Of a DNA stretch of 64,000 bases, positions 27,489 to 38,997 are shown in pieces (the stretch's first letter is position 1; each line of letters begins with the position of its first letter). A model generated the notes under the pieces. That model saw nothing but the letters and a program-made list of their open reading frames with translations. It had not been told where the DNA came from and did not search any database. Origin of the DNA: Octopus bimaculoides (lineage: Eukaryota); contig NC_068983.1 of assembly GCF_001194135.2 (NCBI RefSeq), positions 99,117,683-99,181,682 of the forward strand. Reading direction: 5' to 3'. The translations under genes and the position numbers were made by a program.

Positions 27489-27856
27489 TGTAGCAGCACA
27501 AGCAGTCAGCGCCATATTGGGTGAGATCTCGCGGCAGTCATTGCCATCCCCGAGATTGGAGCGAGACTTCACCTGGATCCATTTGCCATGCGCGAACTCA
27601 CAACGAAGCTCGCGATGGCAAACTATATAAAAGGAAGAAACCACGAGGTTCGATCTCTTTTTCCCGCGACCGCTCGCAGAGCACACTTTACTGGCTGGGC
27701 CTCTGGGCTAATCCGCTTGTCGTCTCTCCTGTGGCAATGGGCCCGCGTAACGGAGAACGACGGATTCATACTGCATGAGATAGCTGCTGAGAGCAACGTA
27801 CCACACATTTGTATATATTGTAAATAAAACTAGTAGAGAACCTGCGTTATGCCTAA
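27489..27856 (+). mobile_element. Solo LTR of a related Gypsy family inserted antisense in the host 5' leader
   Basis: Starts TGTAGCAGCACAAG, similar to the host LTR start (shared CAGCGCCAT and GAGATCTCGC motifs); apparent 5-bp TSD TACTT (27484-27488 and 27857-27861). Confidence 0.7.
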
Positions 27857-28637
27857 TACTTCATTACTCGACTCTGGAGCCTTAAGCAACACGAAGAATA
27901 AGAAATTAATGGGAGAAAGGCGATATTCAACCGATATCGATAACCTTGCCTCACATTATAACTTAACAAATTTTTTTGAGTTTTTATCTGAGTACAGTGT
28001 GCAGCAATGAAAAAAATTTCTTTCTTTTTTTTAGTCGCCAAACCTATGTTGCAGTCCGCTGAAAAAATTTTTTTCTTTCTTGTTTAAGGTGTCCGAAAAT
28101 GGCGGGNNNNNNNNNNNNNNNNNNNNNNNNNNNNNNNNNNNNNNNNNNNNNNNNNNNNNNNNNNNNNNNNNNNNNNNNNNNNNNNNNNNNNNNNNNNNNN
28201 NNNNNNNNNNNNNNNNNNNNGTTTCTTTCTCAGCAGGTGAACTGGTAAGTTTCTTTCTCAGCAGGTGAAGAATCCAAACATGGCGGTAAACAGTAACAAT
28301 AGCTGGAAGTTGATTGCCGGCTTGCTTGAAGTGTTCTTCCGTAGCTGCATTTGGTGTATTTACTGGTATCAAACGTTGACGGTCGACATTGTGGGAGAAA
28401 TTACTTCAACAGGAGATTATTTGAAAGAATACCATGTATTTTCCTTGGAAGAAAAATGCATACTCTTCTAGATACGAGTTCGGGGCAAAGAACCTGAATT
28501 GTAAAGGTTCATTAAACGAGAGATCTCCTGAAGTCAAGCCATTGATTTTTAGTTGAGAATACAAGCGAAAACTGCCATTCTGTAGTTCAGGTGAGGCATC
28601 TACAACGATAAAGCTTTGCGGCTACCGAAATCCGTTT

Positions 28638-28655
28638 TCTTGATCCGGGTCACCA
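28638..28655 (-). promoter_or_regulatory. Primer-binding site, tRNA-Trp type (TGGTGACCCggatc...)
   Basis: First 9 nt match the tRNA-Trp PBS TGGTGACCCCGACGTGAT; lies 3 nt after the 5' LTR. Confidence 0.8.
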
Positions 28656-28658
28656 TTT

Positions 28659-28785
28659 TATAATGGGACTCGAAGGTTCATGATACCTACGGAATATCTC
28701 CTTCTCTCATTACAATTAATTTCTGTAGTCTTAGGATCTGGAACTCGAAAGAAGAAGCTTGTAAGCGGATGCAATTCAATGGTTG
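28659..28785 (-). repeat. 5' LTR of host Gypsy element, 3' part (split by nested insertion)
   Basis: 127 bp matching 22756-22882; followed on the minus strand by AAA and the PBS. Confidence 0.9.
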
Positions 28786-31652
28786 TGTAAGAAATATCTT
28801 TCTTTATTCAACCTTTAGGTTAAATAACTAATTCCTCACATCAAACTTTAAGGAAAAATTTAAGAACGGATAACGCAGTCTCTAAACCAGAAACATAACA
28901 ATATTTATTCATGGAGGAAAATAGGCATGGTTACTGAGACGCCGGAATGTTGTTGTGAGCTGTCCCCAGAGTTGGAATGTTGGAGAGACAGCTTGATACG
29001 ACCACGCTCATGTGAGAGAGCTCTGTTGGACCTGTGTTACCTCTTCGCCGGCCGGCGAGAAAAGAGAATGANNNNNNNNNNNNNNNNNNNNNNNNNNNNN
29101 NNNNNNNNNNNNNNNNNNNNNNNNNNNNNNNNNNNNNNNNNNNNNNNNNNNNNNNNNNNNNNNNNNNNNNNNNNNNNNNNNNNNNNNNNNNNNNNNNNNN
29201 NNNNNNNNNNNNNNNNNNNNNNNNNNNNNNNNNNNNNNNNNNNNNNNNNNNNNNNNNNNNNNNNNNNNNNNNNNNNNNNNNNNNNNNNNNNNNNNNNNNN
29301 NNNNNNNNNNNNNNNNNNNNNNNNNNNNNNNNNNNNNNNNNNNNNNNNNNNNNNNNNNNNNNNNNNNNNNNNNNNNNNNNNNNNNNNNNNNNNNNNNNNN
29401 NNNNNNNNNNNNNNNNNNNNNNNNNNNNNNNNNNNNNNNNNNNNNNNNNNNNNNNNNNNNNNNNNNNNNNNNNNNNNNNNNNNNNNNNNNNNNNNNNNNN
29501 NNNNNNNNNNNNNNNNNNNNNNNNNNNNNNNNNNNNNNNNNNNNNNNNNNNNNNNNNNNNNNNNNNNNNNNNNNNNNNNNNNNNNNNNNNNNNNNNNNNN
29601 NNNNNNNNNNNNNNNNNNNNNNNNNNNNNNNNNNNNNNNNNNNNNNNNNNNNNNNNNNNNNNNNNNNNNNNNNNNNNNNNNNNNNNNNNNNNNNNNNNNN
29701 NNNNNNNNNNNNNNNNNNNNNNNNNNNNNNNNNNNNNNNNNNNNNNNNNNNNNNNNNNNNNNNNNNNNNNNNNNNNNNNNNNNNNNNNNNNNNNNNNNNN
29801 NATTGGCGAATCTTGTCGTTCGTAGTTAAAGTCGTGTTGACTATGGTGGCGAATGCTGGTGGTGATGAGGCTGGTGGCGAAGACGATGCTCGGTAGTAGT
29901 CGTAGACTCGTGTTGCTGATGGCGACGGCGATGGTAATCTTGGTTGGACGAAGCTGTTGATGGAGTCGCTGTAAACTGGCTGTGTTCTGTATGTGTGGTG
30001 GTAATGATGTTGACAGTGGTGTTTGAAAAGGTACGCTTTTTCAGACGGTCGACAGACACAATCTCTGTACGACCAATAGCGTCGACCTTGAAGAAATTCA
30101 ACCCAAGACTACGGGTTGCGAGGCGTGTAAGGAAGCCTTAAATTGCCTATGAAAACGCTCAACCATTCCATTAGAAGCGGGATGGTAACAGGTGGTGCGT
30201 ATCAGTAGAGAGAATCTTGAGAAGGTATACGGGACTGGTATCTATTCGTGTGAGACCAAGAGAAAGTCCTGCAGCTGTGGAATAATCTGATGCGAGTGAG
30301 TGTGTGCATTCTCTATCTATGATATCAGCAAGTTTTCTTGCAGGATTGCATTTTTCGTGAAAAATGCCTTGAAGGAGTGCAGAAGTGAATTGTGTCTGGC
30401 GTTGTTGTCGCGGGCATTTGCTAAAATTAGCCCGAACGACGACAGTGTGGCATAATGGCGCGTTTCCTTGGACAGACAATTTTCTCTGTTAACTTCGTGA
30501 CCAACCTGGGGTCGAACAGAGATAAGTTGTGTCTGACAAGAACGCAGATACCATAAGTTGACATCCGACGTACACAGAGTCGGGAAAAAAAACTGAGTAG
30601 GCACAGACATGATGATAACAACCCTAAAGGCATAATATTGTGGTGCATGTGTAGAACTGGGTGCGTGCGAAGAAAGAATTGCAGACATTCAAAAGGAGAA
30701 CCTGTAGTAGAAACCATGCAATNNNNNNNNNNNNNNNNNNNNNNNNNNNNNNNNNNNNNNNNNNNNNNNNNNNNNNNNNNNNNNNNNNNNNNNNNNNNNN
30801 NNNNNNNNNNNNNNNNNNNNNNNNNNNNNNNNNNNNNNNNNNNNNNNNNNNNNNNNNNNNNNNNNNNNNNNNNNNNNNNNNNNNNNNNNNNNNNNNNNNN
30901 NNNNNNNNNNNNNNNNNNNNNNNNNNNNNNNNNNNNNNNNNNNNNNNNNNNNNNNNNNNNNNNNNNNNNNNNNNNNNNNNNNNNNNNNNNNNNNNNNNNN
31001 NNNNNNNNNNNNNNNNNNNNNNNNNNNNNNNNNNNNNNNNNNNNNNNNNNNNNNNNNNNNNNNNNNNNNNNNNNNNNNNNNNNNNNNNNNNNNNNNNNNN
31101 NNNNNNNNNNNNNNNNNNNNNNNNNNNNNNNNNNNNNNNNNNNNNNNNNNNNNNNNNNNNNNNNNNNNNNNNNNNNNNNNNNNNNNNNNNNNNNNNNNNN
31201 NNNNNNNNNNNNNNNNNNNNNNNNNNNNNNNNNNNNNNNNNNNNNNNNNNNNNNNNNNNNNNNNNNNNNNNNNNNNNNNNNNNNNNNNNNNNNNNNNNNN
31301 NNNNNNNNNNNNNNNNNNNNNNNNNNNNNNNNNNNNNNNNNNNNNNNNNNNNNNNNNNNNNNNNNNNNNNNNNNNNNNNNNNNNNNNNNNNNNNNNNNNN
31401 NNNNNNNNNNNNNNNNNNNNNNNNNNNNNNNNNNNNNNNNNNNNNNNNNNNNNNNNNNNNNNNNNNNNNNNNNNNNNNNNNNNNNNNNNNNNNNNNNNNN
31501 NNNNNNNNNNNNNNNNNNNNNNNNNNNNNNNNNNNNNNNNNNNNNNNNNNNNNNNNNNNNNNNNNNNNNNNNNNNNNNNNNNNNNNNNNNNNNNNNNNNN
31601 NNNNNNNNNNNNNNNNNNNNACTGTATTTTGGCGCCAAATGACGTCACTACA
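28786..31652 (-). mobile_element. Nested, internally deleted Gypsy LTR element inside the host 5' LTR (partly in gaps)
   Basis: TG...CA termini; exact 4-bp TSD GTTG (28782-28785 and 31653-31656); integrase remnants [24 protein letters not shown] (~30130-30205) and KVDAIGRTEIVSVDRLK (~30040-30090); protease-like remnant ~30430-30720. Confidence 0.88.
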
Positions 31653-31656
31653 GTTG

Positions 31657-31951
31657 TTTATTTAGTTCTCATTCACGGGGTTCACTCCCGGCGGCCATCT
31701 GTATGGCAGCGCGTGGTTCGTTATAGCTCCGTTCACGTGAGGTGCATTACCTCTGAGATAACGGGTGAGGTTAGAGCAGGACCAGAATCTGCTGTAAGTT
31801 TGCAGTGTTGCTCAGCGTGAGCGCGAACGCAAGAGAGAGGGTTTCCTTTACGCCTCCTTAAATAGATGTTGCCCACGAGAGCCTCGCCCATGGCAATGGC
31901 CGCCGGCGAGATCTCGTACAAAATGGCGCTGGTTTCTTGAGTCACACTACA
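31657..31951 (-). repeat. 5' LTR of host Gypsy element, 5' part
   Basis: Matches 22883-23239 apart from scattered substitutions, small indels and one ~60-bp deletion; begins TGTAG on the minus strand. Confidence 0.9.
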
Positions 31952-32884
31952 AATGCATTCGACCTAATCTGTGCCCTTTTCTAAGACGCGTGGCTTATCA
32001 ATGTTATTTACAGGAAGTGATTCCAAGTTTCATAGGATCATACCCACATCCACCAAGAGAACCAAATATATAGGCCATCTTTGCATTTACCATTCACAGT
32101 AATAATAGCAATAACGATTTCAAATTTTGGCACAAAGCCAACAATTTCGGGGAATGGAGTAAGTAGATTACATCGACCCCCCAGTGTTCAATTGACATTT
32201 ATTTTATCAGCCCCGTAAGGATGAAATGCAAAGTCGACCTCAGCGGAATTTGAACTCAGAATGTAAAGCCAGAAGAAATGCCCCTAAGCATTTTGCCCGG
32301 CGTGCTAACGATTCTGCCAGATCGCCGCTTTACTATTCACAGTAATATTCTTTAATATTTTGCCAGTGTTTCAGAATTGAAGGCCAGATGTGCTACATAG
32401 TCTCTATTTCCAGTTGAAGGAATTGAACTTTAATTACGTTGCATACACACCTGAAGAAAGGCATGAATATCGAACTATTTCCCGCTAAATTATTGGACAT
32501 GCTGCCTACTTATAAAGAAATCGACGAGGACTTTTCTAATCGCTACATAGGCATGAAAGAAGAACATTGTAATGAAGTGTAATTCAATGAAATACAATAT
32601 AAACGAACTATTGGACAAAAATATGTTCAAAAATAGAAGAAAACTATGAGTAAAGATACAAAATTCGGTTTCTTGTCTAAATGTCATATTTAAGATGACG
32701 ATGCAAATCAGGAATTTATGACATTAAGAGGTCACTATTCGAGACCATATTCAACCCACACCCATGGTTTTTTATCAATTTTTTCAGTGACGTCATATGT
32801 ACTAATTCGTTGCACCCAAGTTAATTTTTCTTACGGAAGTTTATCCCAAATTTTCTAGATAGTTGAGCTTATGTATCATGTATT

Positions 32885-32929
<45 letters not shown>

Positions 32930-33690
32930 GCGGCGGAATCGTTAGCAAGCCGAGCAAAATGCTTAGCAGTATTTCGTCTGTCGCTACGTTCTGAGTTCAA
33001 ATTCCGCCGCGGTCGACTTTACCTTTCGGGGTCGATAAAATTAAGAACCAGTGAAACNNNNNNNNNNGTTAGCAAGCCGGGCAAAATGCTTAGCAGTATT
33101 TCGTCTGTCGCTACGTTCTGAGTTCAAATTCCGCCGCGGTCGACTTTGCCTTTCGGGGTCGATAAAATTAAGAACCAGTGAAACGCTGGGTCGATGTAAT
33201 GGCTGCTCTTGTGGAAAAATTTGAAATTATCATTATTACTAAGGCGACGAGCTGACAGAATCGTTAGCACGCTGGGCGTGATGCTTAGCGGTGTTTCACC
33301 CGTCGCTACGTTCTGAGTTCAAATTCCGACGAGGTCGACTTTGTCTTTCATCCTTTCCAGGTCGATAAATTAAGAACCAGTGAAACACTGGGGGTCGATG
33401 TAATCGACTAGCCCCATCCCCAACAATTTCAGGCTTTGTGCCCATAGTGGAAAGGATTATTATTAGTGAAGGCGGCGAGCTGGCAGAATCGTTAGCGCGC
33501 CGAACGAAATGCTTAGTGGTATTTCGTCTGTCACTACGTTCTGAGTTCAAATTCCGCCGAGGTCGACTTTACCTTTTATCCTTTCGGGATCGTAAAATTA
33601 AGAACCAATGAAACACTGGGGTCGATTCAATCGATTAGTCCCCCAAATTTCAGGCCTTGTGCCTTTAGTAGAAATGATTATTATTATTAT
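32930..33690 (+). mobile_element. Head-to-tail cluster of SINE family A (Nin/Deu-like core CCTTTCATCCTTTCGGGGTCGATAAA)
   Basis: Repeated GAATCGTTAGC...GTTCTGAGTTCAAATTCCGCC units with (TTA)n tails. Dispersed copies at ~1585-1755, 8169-8385, 32101-32330 (-), 36550-36760, 39120-39260 (-), 58520-58790. Confidence 0.88.
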
Positions 33691-34695
33691 AGAACTCCCA
33701 AATTCTGTCCACCTTACTCTTGTTAAAGATCGCTTTGTTTTCTACACTACATGTAACAGAAATTTATCGATTGATTAACGTTCCCGGCTTAATTATATGC
33801 CCTTCTCATACATTCCCTCCATTAAAACTGAGTGGTATAACTTCAAGAATACATTTAAATCATCTATCTGCATGTCCTCACCCTTTCAAGCCATAAACAT
33901 GAATGTCAACAACTACCGCTCCTGTTCAGGAATACGACTCCTGCTTAAGGCCAGGAAATAGCGCCTCCGCCACTTAAACTGCTACAGCCAAAAGAAAAAA
34001 CACAACCTCGATTTCATCTGATAGGAGTGCCAGTGAGTCAAGTTTGCTTCTGATGTCTGCTCTATTATGTCCATATTCAGACATGTCGCAGGCGTGGCTG
34101 TGTGGTAAGAAGCTTGCTTTCTAACCACAAACCACTTAGTACTGGGTTCAGTCCCACTGCATGGTACCTTGAGTGTCTTCTATTGTAGCCTCGGGCAAAC
34201 CAAAGCCTTGTGAGTGGATTTGGTAGATAGAAACTGAAAGAAGCCCATCATATATTTGTGTTTATGTTTCTTTGTCCTCAATCACCGCTGTTGGTGTGAT
34301 TTCGTCCATAAAATCTAGCGGTTCGGCTAAAGAAACCGATAGAATAAGTATCAGATTTATAAAAAGAAAGTACTGGGATCAATTCATATTAGGCTTAAAG
34401 TTCTTGAAGGTGGTGCTCCAGTAAGGCCACAGTCTAATGATTGAAACAAGTAAAAGATAAGAGACCAACTAACTATATGTCAATATGAAAACAAATGAAA
34501 ACCTGTTGCCACCTAAAAAGTTTACTATTTTATATTTGTTTCAATGTAGGCGTCCCCGTGTGACTGAGAAGCTTGCTTCTCAACCATATGGTCATAAATT
34601 GAGTTTCGTTGGGCGACACTTTGAGCATGTGTCTTCGATACCCCTGCAGTGACCAGTCTTGTGAATTGATTTGATTGAAAGAAGCCCATCAAGTG

Positions 34696-34753
<58 letters not shown>

Positions 34754-36877
34754 NNNNNNNNNNNNNNNNNNNNNNNNNNNNNNNNATTCTCTTGTTTCAG
34801 TCATATGACTGCAGCCATGCTGGAGCACCGCCTTTAGTCGAGCAAATTGATCCCAGAACTAATTCTTTGTAAGCCTAGTACTTATTCTATCATTCTCTTT
34901 TGCCGAACTGCTAATTACAGGGGACGTAAACACACCAGCATCAGTTGTCAAGCAATGTTGGGAGGGACAAATACAGACATATAAACATATATATATATAT
35001 ATATATATATACAATGGGCTTCTTTCAGTTTCCATCTACCAAATCCACTCACAAGGCTTTGGTCAGCCTGAGGCTAGAGAAGAAGACACTTGCCCAAGGT
35101 GCCATACAGTGGGACTGAATCCAGAACTATGTGGTTGGTAAGCAAGCTACTGCCACACAGCCACTCCTGCGCCTATATAGATATTTATTTATAAAGATAT
35201 ATCTTAATATTTAGCAGAGAATTTGTTAAGTGCTAACGTACAAAACTCTCGGCCTTGAATCACTCTATTGCTTCTAAATAATATATATACATGTGTGTGT
35301 ATTAATATACATACATGTGTGTACATCATGTACTGCTTGTAAACCAGCATCAGTGCCATACAAAGCAATGTACTCCATTTCCAGTTTTCCATGAAAAACC
35401 TATCAGGCCATGGAGAAATATTACCTTGTTTAGAAATTAGGGTTGGTGACAGGAAGGGTGTCTAGCTGTAGAAAATCTGCCTCAAGAAATTCCGTCTGGT
35501 CCATACAAGAAAGGAAAAGTGGATACCAAACGATGATTTATATACAAAATACACTTTTTTTTTAAATCACAGAACATATTGATTTCCACATCATTTTCAG
35601 ATTTTTATTTTTTGAAGGGGAGGGATACATAGGCGCAGGCGAGGCTGTATGTTTCCTGGTTGTTGGTGAGTTTACTTCCCTGTAACCTAGAGGTTCAGCA
35701 AAAGAGACCAATAGAATAAGTATCGGTACTTTAAAAAAATAACTGGGGTTGACACATTTAGCTAAAAATTCTTCAGGGCAGTACCCATGCATGCCAGCAG
35801 TCTAATAACTGAAATAACATGTTTTTTATTTATTTTGCAGTTACTTCACTTTTACTTGGGACAACATGGAATTTGTTTCTCATCTCCAATTTACTATCAA
35901 CCTGTCATGTTATGAAGATCATCCACTTAGCATGTACCATACTCCAAGTCACTGCTAAAGAACATGCAACAATACTGTACAGTAGTATGTACGTGTTACT
36001 GTCTCATTGCCTGGTCATGGCATATCCTCACCAACATTTAATGTCTATTTTCCATGCTGGCATGGGTTGGAAGGCTTGACAGGAACTGGTAAGGCCAGGG
36101 CCACACCAACTTCCATAGTCTGTTTTGGCTTGGTTTTTACAGCTGGATGTCATTCCTAATGTCAACCACTTTGGAGTGTACCAGATGCTTTTTATATGGC
36201 ACCAGTACCAGTGCTTTTTACATGGGACCAACACCCACACCAATGCTTTTTATGTGACACTTTGGTTTTAGGATCTCAATTCTATTGTAGTGAGCCAGTA
36301 ATAAACAAGTGTCACCATCATGCAAGCAGGGTCCTTTGTTTCCAACCTTCTGGTCATGGGGAAATATTACCTTGCTTCGAAACAGGTGAATGTTGGCAAT
36401 AGGAAAGGTAACTGGTTGGAGAAACTGTCTCAACAACTTCCAGTTGACCCATGCAAGCATGGAAAGGTGGATATTAAAACAATAATGATGATAATGTACT
36501 GGACTAATTTCTTTTTTTAGAATTTCTAAGCTTTATTTTAATAAAGATGGCAATCAGACAGAATCATTAATATGCCAGGCAAAATGCTTAGCAACATTTC
36601 GTCTGTCTTTACATTCTGAGTTCAAATTCCATCAAAGGTTGAGCTCTACCTTTAATCCTTTCAAAGTCAATAAAATAAGTACCATATGAATACTGGGGTC
36701 GATGTAATCAACTTACCCACTGCACTGAAATTGCTGGCCTTGTGCCAAAATTTGAAATCAATATTGACAAAAATAAAAACATACTAATCCTGTTACACAA
36801 TAATAAAAGTTAGGGAAAACTCAGACCTCCATACAAAGACAATGGTGTAAGAAAACTCAAGTTTATAATGTAGGATA

Positions 36878-36883
36878 TTTATT
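36878..36883 (-). terminator. Candidate polyadenylation signal AATAAA for RRS1
   Basis: AATAAA on the minus strand 7 nt after the stop codon; actual use not demonstrable from sequence. Confidence 0.4.
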
Positions 36884-36890
36884 AACAATT

Positions 36891-37020
36891 TCAACGTCTT
36901 CTTTTCTTCCCTAATGTTCTACCTTTTAATGCTTTTTTACTAAAATGTTTTTCCACTTTTTTGGCCTTCTTTGATCCTTCTTTAAATTTCTTTTTGGGAT
37001 TTATTTTGTTTACTTTGGAT
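36891..37020 (-). CDS. RRS1: RRS1 last coding exon, K/R-rich tail (RSKVNKINPKKKFKEGSKKAKKVEKHFSKKALKGRTLGKKRRR*)
   Basis: tatttttcAG acceptor; phase 2 matches; basic C-terminus typical of RRS1; TGA at 36893-36891. Confidence 0.85.
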
Positions 37021-38499
37021 CTGAAAAATAAAAATAATTTTAAGAAATTTTGAACTCAATTTCTAAACATGAAATAAAAATTGGTAAAAATATTCAGCAG
37101 GAGAAAGATCTAAATATAATTTTTGTACACTACTGTTTCTTTAATCTTAATCCTTAAGCATTCAGATTAACTCTGTCAAATATAGTGCTTATTTATTCAC
37201 GACATAGTAGGGTAGGTGTGAGAGGCTGGATCTGGCTTGTATGAACATAAAACAGGTGGAATAGTTGGCCAGATAAGGCCAGTTTAAATGCCAAAGTGTT
37301 GATTTTATTCATTCTAAAGAATAAGAATACTTTAACAGGAAATTGATAATAATCCCCAAATTTAGTGAAAAGAGAAGATTTGTAGTTCAGTTGCAAGAAG
37401 ACACTCTGACCTCTGCAACATTATTGTTATAGCCAGAGATATTTTCTTAACCTTTCTAGAAGGTCCTCTTCATACCCATAGACTAAAACATTAAGCTTGC
37501 ATCTTTTCTTAATTACTCAATTAAAATTATTTAATTATTATCCAATTTCCAGTTTGTTTTTCTTAGAAACATGTGAGCAGTAGATATTACTGGCTTTGGC
37601 ACAGATAAATATATCTGACAATAAAGAAATTTGAAAAACCAGCACTTGCCCCATCATCCTATTCAAAAAAAATAAAAGACATTTAGAGAACTAAAACAGA
37701 AATAATCTGGTCCTACAAGAGGCAAATCATTATTACTGTATAATACTTGTATGTTTTTTTTTTTATCATTTTGGTTTTGGCCTTTGACTTGTACAGAAAA
37801 AATCACTTTATTTTTTTAATTTAGCAACTTTATTGCAGTTGCGTTTAAATACATAAAAACATTAACATTCAGCTGAAAGAATCCCAATCACTGCCAATGA
37901 AGTCTAGCAAAATCCCAGAATCACTGATATTGTAGTAAATGTGTTTCAATGATCTATGTCTGAAACAAACAAATTAACCAGTGGTTTTAAATCAGCACTG
38001 TTAACAATACATACAGCATCTTACTGGCATTAGGATCATTACAGCCAACCATTACAAACTGTGTATGAGTCACATGTGGAAATCATTTTTGCTTTTGTGC
38101 AAGACAGCATTACAGAGTGATGCACGTTAATAAAGTGATTTGGGAAAGAAAGAGTAACAGCTAGATGTACAGTATAATGATAGAGGGGTGTATCTGACAC
38201 TAATAGATACCATGCAATACTTCTCTAAACAGGTTTTGTGATGGAAGAGAGAGATGAAAAGATATGAATGATGAGGTGGGGGTTGAATATTGAGATCCAA
38301 TGTTACTGCTCGTTACAAAGACAGTATGGTAGAGTGAATAGGAAAGAGAGCAGTCATCAATTAGGTAGGTGGCGACAGCAAATGTCAACTTAACAAGTAC
38401 AAAATAAGTGGAAAACACAAATGTAGATATATATACCCCAGTCTTCATCACTGTCACCATTTTGACAATCATCTTACTATGCTTGTTATGTGACAATTT

Positions 38500-38800
38500 T
38501 CTCTAGTCCCACAGACCACCAATCATTGTGGTCCATTGTCATCTCCTTCAAGGAGCTCCAAATTTTGAGATTAATCTTCATCATTTCCTACCATGTTTTC
38601 GTAGGTCTCCTCCCACTGCTTCCATTTATTTCAAGCACTTATATCTTCTTTAAATAGTTGTCAATCACCATATATATCTCATGCATGTACCAGCACCGTT
38701 TTCTCTTGCGTAATACATTCAAATCCCCTTATATCCAGTTTTTCTCTCAGCTTATTTGTACTCTGTTGTTTGTGTATACTAACTAATATTACACATTCAA
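38500..38800 (-). mobile_element. RTE LINE 3'-end fragment
   Basis: Degenerate GRRPTKTW.EMMK.NL motif typical of RTE ORF C-termini. Confidence 0.55.
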
Positions 38801-38860
38801 CAGAACAACAGAGAAACTGTCATAGTTAAAAATTTAGTGATAAAAACAGGCAGAACTTAC

Positions 38861-38997
38861 CTAGCAACTTCATCTTCATGTAACTGTTTATTGGTAGCTT
38901 TTGTAACATCAATAATTGGTTTTTTATTTGCGATTTTCTTTAAAAGACCCAACTGATGTGATGCTTCTTCTTTGATATCCCCATGATTGGGTGCAAA
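38861..38997 (-). CDS. RRS1: RRS1 exon, 137 nt (FAPNHGDIKEEASHQLGLLRKIANKKPIIDVTKATNKQLHEDEVA)
   Basis: Aligns to RRS1 FxPxxGD...QLxLLRxxxxKKPxxDVTxATNKQ; tttttAG acceptor, GTaagt donor; phases 0 to 2. Confidence 0.93.

Larger units (their letters stand above)
22756..31951 (-). mobile_element. Decayed full-length Ty3/Gypsy LTR retrotransposon, CsRn1-like, with two nested insertions
   Basis: Two matching LTRs; 4-bp TSD AATG (22752-22755 and 31952-31955); PBS; purine-rich tract before the 3' LTR; gag-pro-RT-RH-IN order; many frameshifts and stops. Confidence 0.93.

Noticed and set aside
32930-33690. Repeat arrays here and at 4970-5060 as CRISPR-like
   Set aside because: The context is eukaryotic, the units are SINE bodies or PBS copies, spacing is irregular, and there are no cas genes.
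38017-38035. CATCTTACTGGCATTAGGA resembles the miR-8/miR-200 5p arm
   Set aside because: It has internal deletions relative to that arm, and there is no matching TAATACTG 3p arm or precursor hairpin nearby.
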